DNA from: a phage
Direction: 5' to 3' (one strand)
Length of the DNA stretch: 64,000 nucleotides
Sequence record: PZ445440.1
A model generated the notes under the pieces. It did no database searches. It was not told where the DNA came from and saw only the letters and a list, made by a program, of their open reading frames with translations. The position numbers and the translations under genes were made by a program. Positions 1 through 9,470 of the stretch are shown one piece after another. Each line of letters begins with the position of its first letter. Within the stretch, counting starts at the first letter, position 1.

Positions 1-315
1 TGACCAAAGATACTGAACATAATCCTGAATAGCTTTCTTCTTCCACTCAACTAGTTCTCTTTTTGAACCAGGATTTATCGTGTTGAGTGTATAGTTAAAG
101 CAAATACCTAATTCGTTACAACGTTTAACGTAATCTTCTAACATCTTTTTGTCAACGTCAGGAAGCCTAAAATCAGGTCTGGCTGCTACAAAAGCCATTT
201 CTCTTGTAGAGCCGTATACTTCATTTATCAAGCTATTAGGATAAGTTTTATTGAGCTCTACGATTTTATCAAGAAGAGCTAAATCAAAATTCGTTCCGAT
301 TTTAAAAGTATTCAT
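1..315 (-). CDS. hypothetical protein, N-terminal 105 aa only (gene runs past window start); distal member of the sugar-nucleotide cluster
   Basis: ATG at 315 on minus strand, open to position 1 (MNTFKIGTNFDLALLDKIVELNKTYPNSLINEVYGSTRE...); absent from ORF track because truncated; no family recognised. Confidence 0.4.
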   Translation of the reverse strand, partial: MNTFKIGTNFDLALLDKIVELNKTYPNSLINEVYGSTREMAFVAARPDFRLPDVDKKMLEDYVKRCNELGICFNYTLNTINPGSKRELVEWKKKAIQDYVQYLWS

Positions 316-371
316 TTTTTTGCATCTCGCGTTAATTGATGCGATGGTTTTTGCAGGTCTTACTTAAATTA

Positions 372-758
372 TTATAGATTCGGTTTATATGATTTAAATG
401 TTTCGAATTCGCCTTTATTCATAAGAGCTTTGAATTCGTCAGGACGCATAGCTTTGTCGTCGATAATCCAATCATATACTGGTTTATGTGTTAGCAAATT
501 ATGGTACTTCAATCCAATGTTTGCTAAGTTCTGAATCAGACTTGGGAGAATGTCGATTGCTATACGACCAGGACCTACTGACTTCATACCGCGAGCAGTG
601 TAAAGCGTTATGGTATGCCCTGCATCATACAGGGCATTAATGGCAGACACCATTTCGACGTCTGGTTTGAAGTTCACATAATCACGGTTGTTATTCCACT
701 CTGTTATACAATCATCGACATCAAAACAAAGATTAAGCATGTTTTCTACACGGTGCAT
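372..758 (-). CDS. small HAD-superfamily phosphatase-like protein
   Basis: LNLCFDVDDCITEW (HAD motif I DxD), TLYTARG, HKP..IIDDK; ATG at 758 overlaps upstream stop (TAATG). Confidence 0.5.
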   Translation of the reverse strand: MHRVENMLNLCFDVDDCITEWNNNRDYVNFKPDVEMVSAINALYDAGHTITLYTARGMKSVGPGRIAIDILPSLIQNLANIGLKYHNLLTHKPVYDWIIDDKAMRPDEFKALMNKGEFETFKSYKPNL

Positions 759-2443
759 TAGATTCGTTCCCATTGATGAGTGATATCGCCACCGATTGGA
801 CGATAGGAAACACCAGTTTCTTTATCAGTTAGTACCCATTTACCAGGATTTTTTGTAATAAGAGTAGCCGTTACAGGTTCTGCTACGTCATAACTAATAG
901 AGCCGTCTTGAAGTACACGGCCCATGTTACGTAATTGCTTAGTCAGAAGTTCCATACCTTTATAATATGCGGCTACCGCTTTAAGTGGATTATTCTTGAA
1001 ATAACCACCTAATGCAATCCAGATAATTGCCACCGCCAAATGATGATACTCGTTAAACGAACTCATCTTTCCATATTTGTAAATTAATGGATTGATGTTA
1101 ATAGTCACATTACAAGTTGTTTCATCAATAGTAAACTGTCCCCAGGTCGGATTAGCATTGAATTCATCATAACCTGAAACAGCGTAAAGCACTTTAGCTT
1201 CATCGTACAATTTTGGCCCGTAAATCTTGGTTTCACCAAAATATCCACGAGGGTCGATAAACTTGACTTCGCCATTATCAGTAATCATAGTATTACTGAA
1301 GTTCGGGTCACCATGAATAACAGAGTACTGTCCCTGAGAACGGTTATGATAACGAATAAGGTGTTCTAAAGCTTGTTTCAACATTGGCTTCAGACGTCCA
1401 ATCTTAGTGTAGTTCACATGTGTGATTTTACCAAATGAATCAATCAATGGTTGAATGCTTTCACAACGATCAATAACTTTCGTATAGAATTCTTTAGTGA
1501 AATCACGACGGACAGTTTCAGGACTTACAAAATAAGTGTCTGTGCTGAATTTCAGTGCATCTAAAATTGCATCAACAATTTGTGGACGAGCAAGACTTGA
1601 TTTGGATTTAATATATTCAAATGCCGGCTTACCTTTAATGCGTTCCATTTCAAAGTTATTTTCATTAACAGAAACTAACTGAGGAACTGAATCTGATTTC
1701 ACTTTCAAGTACCACGAAATCTCATCTTTCTGAAGAGCTCGACCCTGTTCGGTTAATGCGAATTTAGTTACAGTTTCTTCACCAATTTCAACTGCATTAA
1801 AACTACGATTAAGTTCACGAACTTCATGAGCTTTTTCAAGTTTAGGCATATCACCTAAATCAATTAGATTCATAAGCTCTGATTTATTGAATGCGCCGCT
1901 GTAAAGGAATTCTACGAAATCACGTCCTTTGCAGTATTCATGAATTTCCTCATCAGTAGAACCCATATAGAATTCCCAGTCTTTGAACTGATAAATTCCT
2001 ACAACATTACCGCCTGTTGCACCTACATTAGTGATATTTTCACCGTCGAAATTATATCGACATTCGTCACCCTTAACATAGATTGCGTTAACATTCCAAG
2101 ACCATGAACCAAAATCAGGAATAATATCACACCAGTTAACAATTACGTTATGGCCGTCTAAATCTTTGTGTAATTTAGCAAGAGCATAAGCAGAACCATA
2201 CGCTTCATCAACTGTACGAATAGTCACATTGAACCCTTCTTGCTCACAATAAGCTCGAACAGTTTCAGCAAATTTTGAATGAACTACTACAATAATTTCA
2301 TCTGCGCCAAGGTCAGAATAAATTGTATACAAATTGCTCAGAATAGTGTCTTGTTTATAGTTAACAAGCACCTTAGGAATATGATGCGTTATTGGATACA
2401 AACGAGTTGCCAGTCCAGCACCAAGAATAACAGCTTTTTTCAT
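758..2443 (-). CDS. bifunctional sugar-1-phosphate nucleotidyltransferase (N-term) / APH-type anomeric sugar kinase (C-term)
   Basis: N-term MKKAVILGAGLATRLYPIT matches GxGxRLxPxT of RmlA/GlmU-type pyrophosphorylases; C-term VIHGDPNFSNTMI..FIDPRG matches HGDxxxxN and DxG of aminoglycoside/choline-kinase fold. Confidence 0.75.
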   Translation of the reverse strand: MKKAVILGAGLATRLYPITHHIPKVLVNYKQDTILSNLYTIYSDLGADEIIVVVHSKFAETVRAYCEQEGFNVTIRTVDEAYGSAYALAKLHKDLDGHNVIVNWCDIIPDFGSWSWNVNAIYVKGDECRYNFDGENITNVGATGGNVVGIYQFKDWEFYMGSTDEEIHEYCKGRDFVEFLYSGAFNKSELMNLIDLGDMPKLEKAHEVRELNRSFNAVEIGEETVTKFALTEQGRALQKDEISWYLKVKSDSVPQLVSVNENNFEMERIKGKPAFEYIKSKSSLARPQIVDAILDALKFSTDTYFVSPETVRRDFTKEFYTKVIDRCESIQPLIDSFGKITHVNYTKIGRLKPMLKQALEHLIRYHNRSQGQYSVIHGDPNFSNTMITDNGEVKFIDPRGYFGETKIYGPKLYDEAKVLYAVSGYDEFNANPTWGQFTIDETTCNVTININPLIYKYGKMSSFNEYHHLAVAIIWIALGGYFKNNPLKAVAAYYKGMELLTKQLRNMGRVLQDGSISYDVAEPVTATLITKNPGKWVLTDKETGVSYRPIGGDITHQWERI

Positions 2444-2484
2444 GTTGTGGTCCTCATTGGTAAGTAGAAGTATTGTACACTATT

Positions 2485-2628
2485 CTAGTTAAAGCATTCA
2501 TACTTCGCTTGTAGTCCAATCATAATCCATCCAATTACAAGTGTTGGAATCATTACTGGAGCCGTTAAGCTCCAGTAGATAGTCATGACAAGCATCAATA
2601 GTAAAAGTCCTATTGTTATTGTTTTCAT
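2485..2628 (-). CDS. small hydrophobic protein (47 aa)
   Basis: hand translation MKTITIGLLLLMLVMTIYWSLTAPVMIPTLVIGWIMIGLQAKYECFN; ATGA overlap with upstream SIS gene stop. Confidence 0.35.
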   Translation of the reverse strand: MKTITIGLLLLMLVMTIYWSLTAPVMIPTLVIGWIMIGLQAKYECFN

Positions 2629-3260
2629 TGTTCGCCTCGTAACATGGCACCTAGTGCGCCGCCTGGATGGAACTTAAGGAAATCATTAGAGGTAAATCCA
2701 CGTTCAGACGAAAGGTTGATAGCGAACGTATCGATAAGCGCTAACAACAATGTAGTAGACATTGTCGGAGCTAAAGAGTTCTCGTCAACTTCTACCGCGA
2801 TACCGGTACAGAACGTATAATCAAAAAGAGCTTCGTATTCTTGTGGAATGTCAGGGTTACAATGTAACAGAATCTGTTTAACCTGAGGACGAATCATACG
2901 AAGATGTTTAGCAACACCTATCATTTCTTCAGTCTTACCAGAACGACTGATGTGAACTAATACATCATTAGGTGCAATAAATCCTGCGTCGCCATGAGAA
3001 TAATGCCCGGTGTTCAAGTACATACTCGGGATACCTAGTGAAGCAAAAGTCTCGGAAGCTTTAGTTGCGATATTAGCATTCTTACCAACACCTGTAATAA
3101 TTACACGACTTTCGTAATTACTCAGTCCAGGGCGACGAAGAGTTTCAAGAATAGCATTATATCGGGCAGGGTTTTGACTAATTATTTTAGCCATAGTGGC
3201 AAGAGATGAAGCTTGTTTTACGATTGCGTCAATAGCGATAGTGATTGGTGTAGTTTTCAT
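2625..3260 (-). CDS. SIS-domain sugar-phosphate isomerase, KdsD/GutQ (arabinose-5-phosphate isomerase)-like, no CBS domains
   Basis: ITGVGKNANIATKASETFASLGIPS...HGDAG...ISRSGKTEE and LAPTMSTT...FHPGGALG align with E. coli KdsD SIS domain from memory. Confidence 0.8.
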   Translation of the reverse strand: MKTTPITIAIDAIVKQASSLATMAKIISQNPARYNAILETLRRPGLSNYESRVIITGVGKNANIATKASETFASLGIPSMYLNTGHYSHGDAGFIAPNDVLVHISRSGKTEEMIGVAKHLRMIRPQVKQILLHCNPDIPQEYEALFDYTFCTGIAVEVDENSLAPTMSTTLLLALIDTFAINLSSERGFTSNDFLKFHPGGALGAMLRGEQ

Positions 3261-3300
3261 ATTTCTCTCATTTAATTAGTTGGCCATCCTTGGCATTATA

Positions 3301-6012
3301 TCAAAAATCAAACATATCGAACAGAGATGCTTTCTTCTCGTAATCGAGTTTCGCTGCTGATGTGAATCCTTCAAGTGGTTTAATAAATGTCTTCTCAAGG
3401 AGAACAGTGTAGTCCATCCAATGAAGTACATCATCTTTGATTAAATCAGTGATTTCCGTACCAGAAGGCCATGCGATACATTTATCACCGAACGGGTTTC
3501 CATCACGTAAAGGCAGAACGTATACCTTTTCGCCTTCTACAACTTGTGGAGCATCAATATTACCTTTGATAGCTCGGTTATATGTCAGAATTCCACGAAT
3601 ATGGAATGGGCATTTAGGTCCTGGATATCCACCTACATCATATTTAGCAATGTTATTCGCAGAAGATACCGACGCGATGCTAATATAATTCAATTGACGG
3701 AATTCTTTTTCAAACTCTTTAAAATATTCTTGTAATGATTCTTCACCTTCTTGAAGCATACGACGAATACATTCTTTAAGAGCTTTCTGTACTGCTTTAG
3801 GGGTCGAAGATTTCTGAGTTTCTAGACCCATGATTTTGAGTTTAGGCTCAGCGTAACGAGTACCTTCCATATCCCACACGTTTAATGCATAACGTTTCTT
3901 ACCAGTCCAGAATCCACCAATACCTTTAGAACCGAGCGGAGGACCAGCGATAGCTTCTCGGTCCATGAACATTAAGTGTTGTTTATTGTTCATGTATTCA
4001 CACATTTCACGGAAACCTCTATCAATAGCAGGTTCCATACGTTCACGTGCAAACTTATCTAAGAAGTCTACCCAATGGTTGGTATCACGGAATTTAGATT
4101 CACCAACCTTATCGATAATTTTATCAGCAGATACGTAAATAGAGTCGGTATCACCATAAAGAACGAAAGCTTCACCTTCTGTACCACAAACTTCATTCAG
4201 ATATTCATTAACTTTACGTTCAATCCACTGTAAAGCCATTTGCCCAAATGTTGTGATTGCAGTAGCATTACGCAAATCATAATAACGGAACCAAACGTTT
4301 CCAAGTGCACCATAAAGTGAGTTGATAAGCAATTTACGGTTAATTTGTGCAGTCATACCTGCAACTTCAGTACGTTGAGCTCTAAACAACATTTCATTAA
4401 GAGATTTAGCAGACAACTTTTTAATCTTTTCTTTAATCTCATCACTGAAGTCGAAACGATAATCAACATCTAATGGTTCGTCAACAGAAAGATTAGGATT
4501 ATGCAATGCCTCTTTAATTATTTCACCATTACGTTGAGCTGCAAGCATGTAACCTTTATGTTCTTTACGTTGATTAAAGACCTTAGTGATTTCAGTTGGA
4601 ACTACACCATCACGGTCTTTATAATACATCATGCCGTTAGGAGAGCAACTGTACACATCTGAAGGACGTTCAGCGATTGCGTTAATATAATCATGCAGTG
4701 GAGCTACTTTAAACGTTCCTGCTATTGTTTCCGGGCTAATATTCACTTGGCGAATAATACTTGGATACAGAGATGTAAGGTCGAAACTCATTACATATTT
4801 GTATCGATTTGGAATAGGTTCCTTAACAAAAGCGCCAGGATAAGGTTGAACCGGATGAGAACGACCTTGTGGAATCACCTTGTTCTGCTCTTTAAGGCTA
4901 TTAAAAATAATAGCATCCCATGTTTTAATTGGGCTAAACACAGATTGAATCTGTATCTTAGCATAATAACCCATGTCCAAACTCAAGTTGATGAACTGAC
5001 GCTTAGCATCAATTTGCAATACACGATACACGTCGATAATGTTATAAGAAATATATCGTTGGTGATTGCTTTCACGAAGCTTAGAAATAGGGCCGTCATA
5101 TTTCAGTTTACCGACGTTCAATTCAAATTCTGAAATGTAATCCAGAGAATACGACGGTTGATTGGTAAAAGAGAATTTTTTGTAAAGGTCAATGTAATCA
5201 AGAACAGAGATACCGAACAATGTAATGATTTCACGAGAACCATACATGTTTTCGATAACTTTAACACGAGTTTTACGATGTGGTGATAAACGTTTCGCAG
5301 TAGATTCGCCAAAAATATTCTTGATTCTGTTATACACATATGGAATATCAAATGACTCAACGTTCCATCCAGTCAAAATGACAGGAGTTTTCTGTTGCCA
5401 GAAGTTGAGATATTCCATCAACAATTCTTTTTCGTTATCGAACGGCATATAAACAATTTTGTCGATAATTTCGGATGGAACTTCATCACCGCCTTGTTCT
5501 TGAAGCTTAGCAGCGATTTCAATAGACCATTCTTCTACATTACCATATGGAGAATTCAATAGATCAAATACGTAGAACCTGTCGTCAATTGAGTCATAAT
5601 GGGTGATAGCATCAATCGGATGTTTTGCTTGTGACGGCTCAGGGAACCCATCCGGAGATGTTACTTCGATGTCGAAGTTAGCCACACGAATTTTTGTATG
5701 GTCGTATTTGATTTCATAGTTATAAGTGTCAGACAAATACGCTAATTTGAAATCGTCCATGCCAAGTGCTTCAAGTCCGATATCTTCCATGCGTTTAATC
5801 CATTGTGAGGCATCACGCATATTAGCGAACAACTTACGAGTACACGGCTTACCGTAGATATCGAAATATTTCGTAGCCTGACTTTCTGGACAATGAGCAA
5901 ACAGTGATGGTTTATATTCTACTTCACGAGTACGTTCACGGCCATTAGAATCGATGTAACGTTCAAAAATTGAATCACCAATCTGTTCAACCGTTAAGTA
6001 AAATTCTTTCAT
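3301..6012 (-). CDS. 43: DNA polymerase (family B), gp43
   Basis: 903 aa; MKEFYLTVEQIGDSIFERYIDSNGRERTREVEYKPSLFAHCPESQATKYF..., DIE exo motif, YGDTDS polymerase motif; matches RB69 gp43 from memory. Confidence 0.98.
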   Translation of the reverse strand: MKEFYLTVEQIGDSIFERYIDSNGRERTREVEYKPSLFAHCPESQATKYFDIYGKPCTRKLFANMRDASQWIKRMEDIGLEALGMDDFKLAYLSDTYNYEIKYDHTKIRVANFDIEVTSPDGFPEPSQAKHPIDAITHYDSIDDRFYVFDLLNSPYGNVEEWSIEIAAKLQEQGGDEVPSEIIDKIVYMPFDNEKELLMEYLNFWQQKTPVILTGWNVESFDIPYVYNRIKNIFGESTAKRLSPHRKTRVKVIENMYGSREIITLFGISVLDYIDLYKKFSFTNQPSYSLDYISEFELNVGKLKYDGPISKLRESNHQRYISYNIIDVYRVLQIDAKRQFINLSLDMGYYAKIQIQSVFSPIKTWDAIIFNSLKEQNKVIPQGRSHPVQPYPGAFVKEPIPNRYKYVMSFDLTSLYPSIIRQVNISPETIAGTFKVAPLHDYINAIAERPSDVYSCSPNGMMYYKDRDGVVPTEITKVFNQRKEHKGYMLAAQRNGEIIKEALHNPNLSVDEPLDVDYRFDFSDEIKEKIKKLSAKSLNEMLFRAQRTEVAGMTAQINRKLLINSLYGALGNVWFRYYDLRNATAITTFGQMALQWIERKVNEYLNEVCGTEGEAFVLYGDTDSIYVSADKIIDKVGESKFRDTNHWVDFLDKFARERMEPAIDRGFREMCEYMNNKQHLMFMDREAIAGPPLGSKGIGGFWTGKKRYALNVWDMEGTRYAEPKLKIMGLETQKSSTPKAVQKALKECIRRMLQEGEESLQEYFKEFEKEFRQLNYISIASVSSANNIAKYDVGGYPGPKCPFHIRGILTYNRAIKGNIDAPQVVEGEKVYVLPLRDGNPFGDKCIAWPSGTEITDLIKDDVLHWMDYTVLLEKTFIKPLEGFTSAAKLDYEKKASLFDMFDF

Positions 6013-6094
6013 TTAATTTCCTTTAGACGAGTTATTGTCTTTTGTTTGTTGGATGAACTTATTATACTCCAAATGGGACCGAAGTCCCATTGCT
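6013..6094 (-). promoter_or_regulatory. gene 43 leader: hairpin 6073-6090 (ATGGGAC-TTCG-GTCCCAT) after regA stop, -10-like TATAAT (6061-6066), SD AAGGAAA before ATG
   Basis: read from sequence; T4 gp43 is autogenously regulated at a leader operator (established). Confidence 0.4.
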
Positions 6095-6463
6095 TTAATT
6101 ACCAATTGTATATTTTGCTTTCAAAGTCCAGTCATCTTTCTGTTTAAAAGAGATAACACGGAAGTTATTAGTCAGGCTAAATAGATCTTCACGAGCAGAG
6201 TCTTCAATAACAATCAATCCCCAGTCTTCAAGCAACTGGGCAATCGAATCACGTCGCTGATAGTCTTCACCATCGATATCAACTTGACGTCCGTCCATAC
6301 GCAACATTTCTTTAAAGTGGACGATGTAGTATTTACCTTGCTTTTGGAGGATATGACAGGACTGATAAAGAACTTTATCCTTGTTATTAGCGATGCCCAT
6401 ACGGGTCAGAGTCTCTTTGACTTTCAGAAAATCTTCTGGGTTCTTCAATTTAATTTCGATCAT
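6095..6463 (-). CDS. regA: translational repressor RegA
   Basis: MIEIKLKNPEDFLKVKETLTRMGIANNKDKVLYQSCHILQ...NNFRVISFKQK matches T4 RegA; ATG at 6463 (track start 6472 is an upstream in-frame ATG). Confidence 0.9.
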   Translation of the reverse strand: MIEIKLKNPEDFLKVKETLTRMGIANNKDKVLYQSCHILQKQGKYYIVHFKEMLRMDGRQVDIDGEDYQRRDSIAQLLEDWGLIVIEDSAREDLFSLTNNFRVISFKQKDDWTLKAKYTIGN

Positions 6464-6465
6464 TT

Positions 6466-7029
6466 TTACCATTCCAATGCTAATTTTTTAAATTGTTTTT
6501 GTTCTTTCACATTTTTTGTAACTTCTTTGAGAAACTCATCAGTGACCATTGCCTTCAGTTCTTTAAGGACTATTGGCAGCTTGTTATTTTTTTCAAGGAG
6601 CCGTTTATACTCGGTGGCATCATTCATGTTGATTGTGTAATGTTTCATCAACAGTTTGATAACTAGTAACTCTGAAGTGTCTTCGACTAGTTTAGCCCAT
6701 TTAGAGAATCGTCGACCACGCGGAATTGCCGCCATCATATAGTTGAAGTGCGCTTCATCACTTAATTCAGAACCGACCAAGTTCATCATGTAAACTGCGG
6801 GCATACATTCTGGAAACTGGGACAATGAGTTCTCAACCATAAATTTTGAGTAGTCGACCTGAGCAATTGACATAGATTTCTTTTCATTAATAGCATTAAT
6901 GATTTTAAAGAATTCGTTCTCAGGTTTTTCTTTAAACATGTCAGCACATTTTTGAATCGCATCAGCGTCATTAGACTTCCATGCGATTTGGTGCTCGTTA
7001 AGTTGGACGTCATCATCAAATAAGTTCAT
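6466..7029 (-). CDS. 62: clamp loader small subunit gp62
   Basis: 187 aa, T4 position between 44 and regA. Confidence 0.8.
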   Translation of the reverse strand: MNLFDDDVQLNEHQIAWKSNDADAIQKCADMFKEKPENEFFKIINAINEKKSMSIAQVDYSKFMVENSLSQFPECMPAVYMMNLVGSELSDEAHFNYMMAAIPRGRRFSKWAKLVEDTSELLVIKLLMKHYTINMNDATEYKRLLEKNNKLPIVLKELKAMVTDEFLKEVTKNVKEQKQFKKLALEW

Positions 7030-7030
7030 A

Positions 7031-7993
7031 TTATTTCCAAGTCAATTCACAAGTCAATTGAAGAAGCATATACATAACATGTAATTCAATATTACTAGCT
7101 AGCCCATGAAACTTATTATTTTCGCCTGCAATTTCGTAAAGCGAAATAATACTTTTACCAGGTGCAACTTTGTCATAACACTCAGAAACTAATTTATCTA
7201 TGAACCATGAATAATCAGCGGCATATTTTGGAGCTAATGCACGAAGCTGTTTGATATCTTTATTTTTCATTGCTTCTATGACATCATCTACCGTGCCACG
7301 ATCATTGGTTACAATCGACAAAATACCTGCATCAAGAACACCTTTAGACGAGTACTGGTCTAATTGTCCAATTGTACGACGAAAGTCCGGGAAGTTCTTT
7401 TTAACAAGAGCTGCAACAACTTTCATATCAGCGATTTCAATATTTTCGTTCTTACAGATTTCAACCATACGATGAATCATTTTCTTCATCATCGAGATTT
7501 TATCTTCTTCGGTTGGACGTCCGAATTCGATAACTCGACAACGACTACGCAATGGTTCAATAATTCCATCGATGTTGTTAGCAGTAATAATAATAGAACA
7601 GTTACTAGAGAATTCTTCCATGAATGTACGAAGGTGTCGTTGTGATTCAGCAAGGCCACTACGGTCAAATTCATCAATAACAATAACTTTAGGCTTGCCT
7701 TCCATTGAGACTGAACGAGCAAATGCAGTTAACGGGCCGCGTACAAAATCAATCTTACAATCGGAACCGTTGACAAACATCATTTCGGCATTGATATCAT
7801 TACATAATGCTTTTGCTACGGTTGTTTTACCTGTGCCAGGAGAAGGAGAGTGCAAAATAATATGAGGAAGTTTTCCTTTAGATACTAAAGACTTGAATGT
7901 TTCATGGTCATACGCAGGCAGAATACATTCGTCAATGGAAGAAGGACGATATTTCTGTTCTAGAATGTGTTCTTTGGAATTGATAGTAATCAT
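7031..7993 (-). CDS. 44: clamp loader ATPase gp44 (AAA+)
   Basis: 320 aa, Walker [11 protein letters not shown], Walker B VIVIDEFD. Confidence 0.9.
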   Translation of the reverse strand: MITINSKEHILEQKYRPSSIDECILPAYDHETFKSLVSKGKLPHIILHSPSPGTGKTTVAKALCNDINAEMMFVNGSDCKIDFVRGPLTAFARSVSMEGKPKVIVIDEFDRSGLAESQRHLRTFMEEFSSNCSIIITANNIDGIIEPLRSRCRVIEFGRPTEEDKISMMKKMIHRMVEICKNENIEIADMKVVAALVKKNFPDFRRTIGQLDQYSSKGVLDAGILSIVTNDRGTVDDVIEAMKNKDIKQLRALAPKYAADYSWFIDKLVSECYDKVAPGKSIISLYEIAGENNKFHGLASNIELHVMYMLLQLTCELTWK

Positions 7994-8019
7994 GTAATTT
8001 TCCTCATTATCATTAAACT

Positions 8020-8064
8020 GGAGGATTTCTCCTCCATAATCGTATCACAATAAACGTAAAGCTT
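8020..8064 (-). promoter_or_regulatory. gene 44 upstream: MotA-box-like AAGCTTTAC (8056-8064), -10-like (8039-8044), leader hairpin GGAGGA-TTTC-TCCTCC (8020-8035)
   Basis: read from sequence; middle-promoter architecture by analogy to T4. Confidence 0.35.
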
Positions 8065-8068
8065 TGAC

Positions 8069-8755
8069 TTAGAAGTCGTGGGTAGAATCGGCTTCCATCG
8101 CAATAACATAACTTACTTGAGAGCTTTCAAACTTGGCTGCAACTTTATCACCAGCTCCCCACAACATTACTTTATAGTTACCTGGCTGGATTTTCATATT
8201 AGCCATATTGATTACGAAGTTAAAGTTGTTAGAACCATCATAATCGGTAAGAGTCAAAGAATACTTAGGACGAGTTAGTCCAGAATCTTCAACTTTATTA
8301 TAGCCATTGATAACAATTTTACCATCTTTATTTGTAATAGCAATTGTATCAATCTGAAGACCACGTGAAACTCGAAGCAATTGTTGAAGGTCTTCGGCTT
8401 TAATTTCAGTAATCACAGAAGCCACTGGGAATTGAATTGGCTTATTAGGAAAAACAATGGTGCTCTTGTCAGCGGCAGGCCAATAAACTGTGGAACGTGT
8501 ATCTGCAATTTTAATATTGCCATCAGTGTGCATTGAAATTTCAGCATCATCAGACACTAGACTCAAAATGCTTAAGAAGCTATTCAAATCATAAAGTGCT
8601 ACGTCAAAATCAATTTCATCAGAGATATTTGCTTCCGCATAAGTGGTGCCATTAACTGCACGAGTCATAATAAATTTACCTTGACTCAGCAGAATACCGG
8701 AGTTAATAGAGGCAAAGTTTTTCAGAATAGCGATAGTATCTTTAGACAGTTTCAT
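8069..8755 (-). CDS. 45: sliding clamp gp45
   Basis: MKLSKDTIAILKNFASINSGILL... 228 aa from ATG at 8755; matches T4 gp45. Confidence 0.95.
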   Translation of the reverse strand: MKLSKDTIAILKNFASINSGILLSQGKFIMTRAVNGTTYAEANISDEIDFDVALYDLNSFLSILSLVSDDAEISMHTDGNIKIADTRSTVYWPAADKSTIVFPNKPIQFPVASVITEIKAEDLQQLLRVSRGLQIDTIAITNKDGKIVINGYNKVEDSGLTRPKYSLTLTDYDGSNNFNFVINMANMKIQPGNYKVMLWGAGDKVAAKFESSQVSYVIAMEADSTHDF

Positions 8756-8797
8756 TTTATTTCCTTTCAAGACAATTCAAAGTTTATAACAAATTTA

Positions 8798-9214
8798 TTA
8801 TGCAGCAACCATCTGCTTTTTAATAGCTTCAGGCAGCGATTCAATATATTCTGGAATTTTAGAAGCAACAATTTCGCCAGCTGCAATTAGTTGTTCGTCG
8901 GCATCAACACAGTAAAAATCTTCAAGGCGTTCAGAACCGTCTTTATCAAGAACGATTTTAGCACCTGCTTCGATAGAATCTTTATAGTGCTTACGCATCA
9001 AATGAATCCACATATCAGACACATCGTTATCAATAAAACCATAAATCATAAAACGAGTTTCTTGTGGCAAAGATTGGAGTTTTTTAGCACTTGCGTCATC
9101 ACAATGCAGGACCCATGCTTTACGAACACGATTATGGTTATGTGGGTTAGCGTCAGTACGGATAGAAGTAACTTTCAGATCAGCAGCAGTGAAACCTTTA
9201 GCAGTAGTAAACAT
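8798..9214 (-). CDS. rpbA: RNA polymerase-binding protein RpbA-like
   Basis: position between 45 and 45.2/46 as in T4; size 138 aa; no motif check possible. Confidence 0.5.
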   Translation of the reverse strand: MFTTAKGFTAADLKVTSIRTDANPHNHNRVRKAWVLHCDDASAKKLQSLPQETRFMIYGFIDNDVSDMWIHLMRKHYKDSIEAGAKIVLDKDGSERLEDFYCVDADEQLIAAGEIVASKIPEYIESLPEAIKKQMVAA

Positions 9215-9226
9215 ATTATTTCTCTC

Positions 9227-9415
9227 TTATTCGTAGAAGTCGGTAACTGTCCATGCGGAATTGCGATTAGACATTATTTTATTATACTCATCTTTAAAAG
9301 CAGATTTGAGCATTTGTTCAGTAACAATATGTTCTTCACCTGAAAACGTATTGGTCAAAACATATTTTTTAATTTCAGGGACAACGAGAAGATGTTGGCC
9401 GGTTGAATACTCCAT
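9227..9415 (-). CDS. hypothetical protein (45.2-like, 62 aa from MEYSTGQ)
   Basis: track ORF; start chosen at ATG preceded by GGAGAA. Confidence 0.5.
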   Translation of the reverse strand: MEYSTGQHLLVVPEIKKYVLTNTFSGEEHIVTEQMLKSAFKDEYNKIMSNRNSAWTVTDFYE

Positions 9416-9433
9416 GTTGTTCTCCATTTAATT

Positions 9434-9470
9434 TGATGTGGTCATTATAACCACATCATGTTAAAGCGTT
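9434..9470 (-). promoter_or_regulatory. middle-type promoter: MotA-box-like AACGCTTTAAC, -10 TATAAT (9444-9449) inside inverted repeat TGATGTGG/CCACATCA
   Basis: read from sequence. Confidence 0.45.

Noticed and set aside
4693-5133. Plus-strand ORFs inside the DNA polymerase gene (3437-3688, 3544-3735, 4693-5133, 5225-5452)
   Set aside because: They are antisense to a gene I am sure of, have low-complexity translations and no start context; they are six-frame artefacts.
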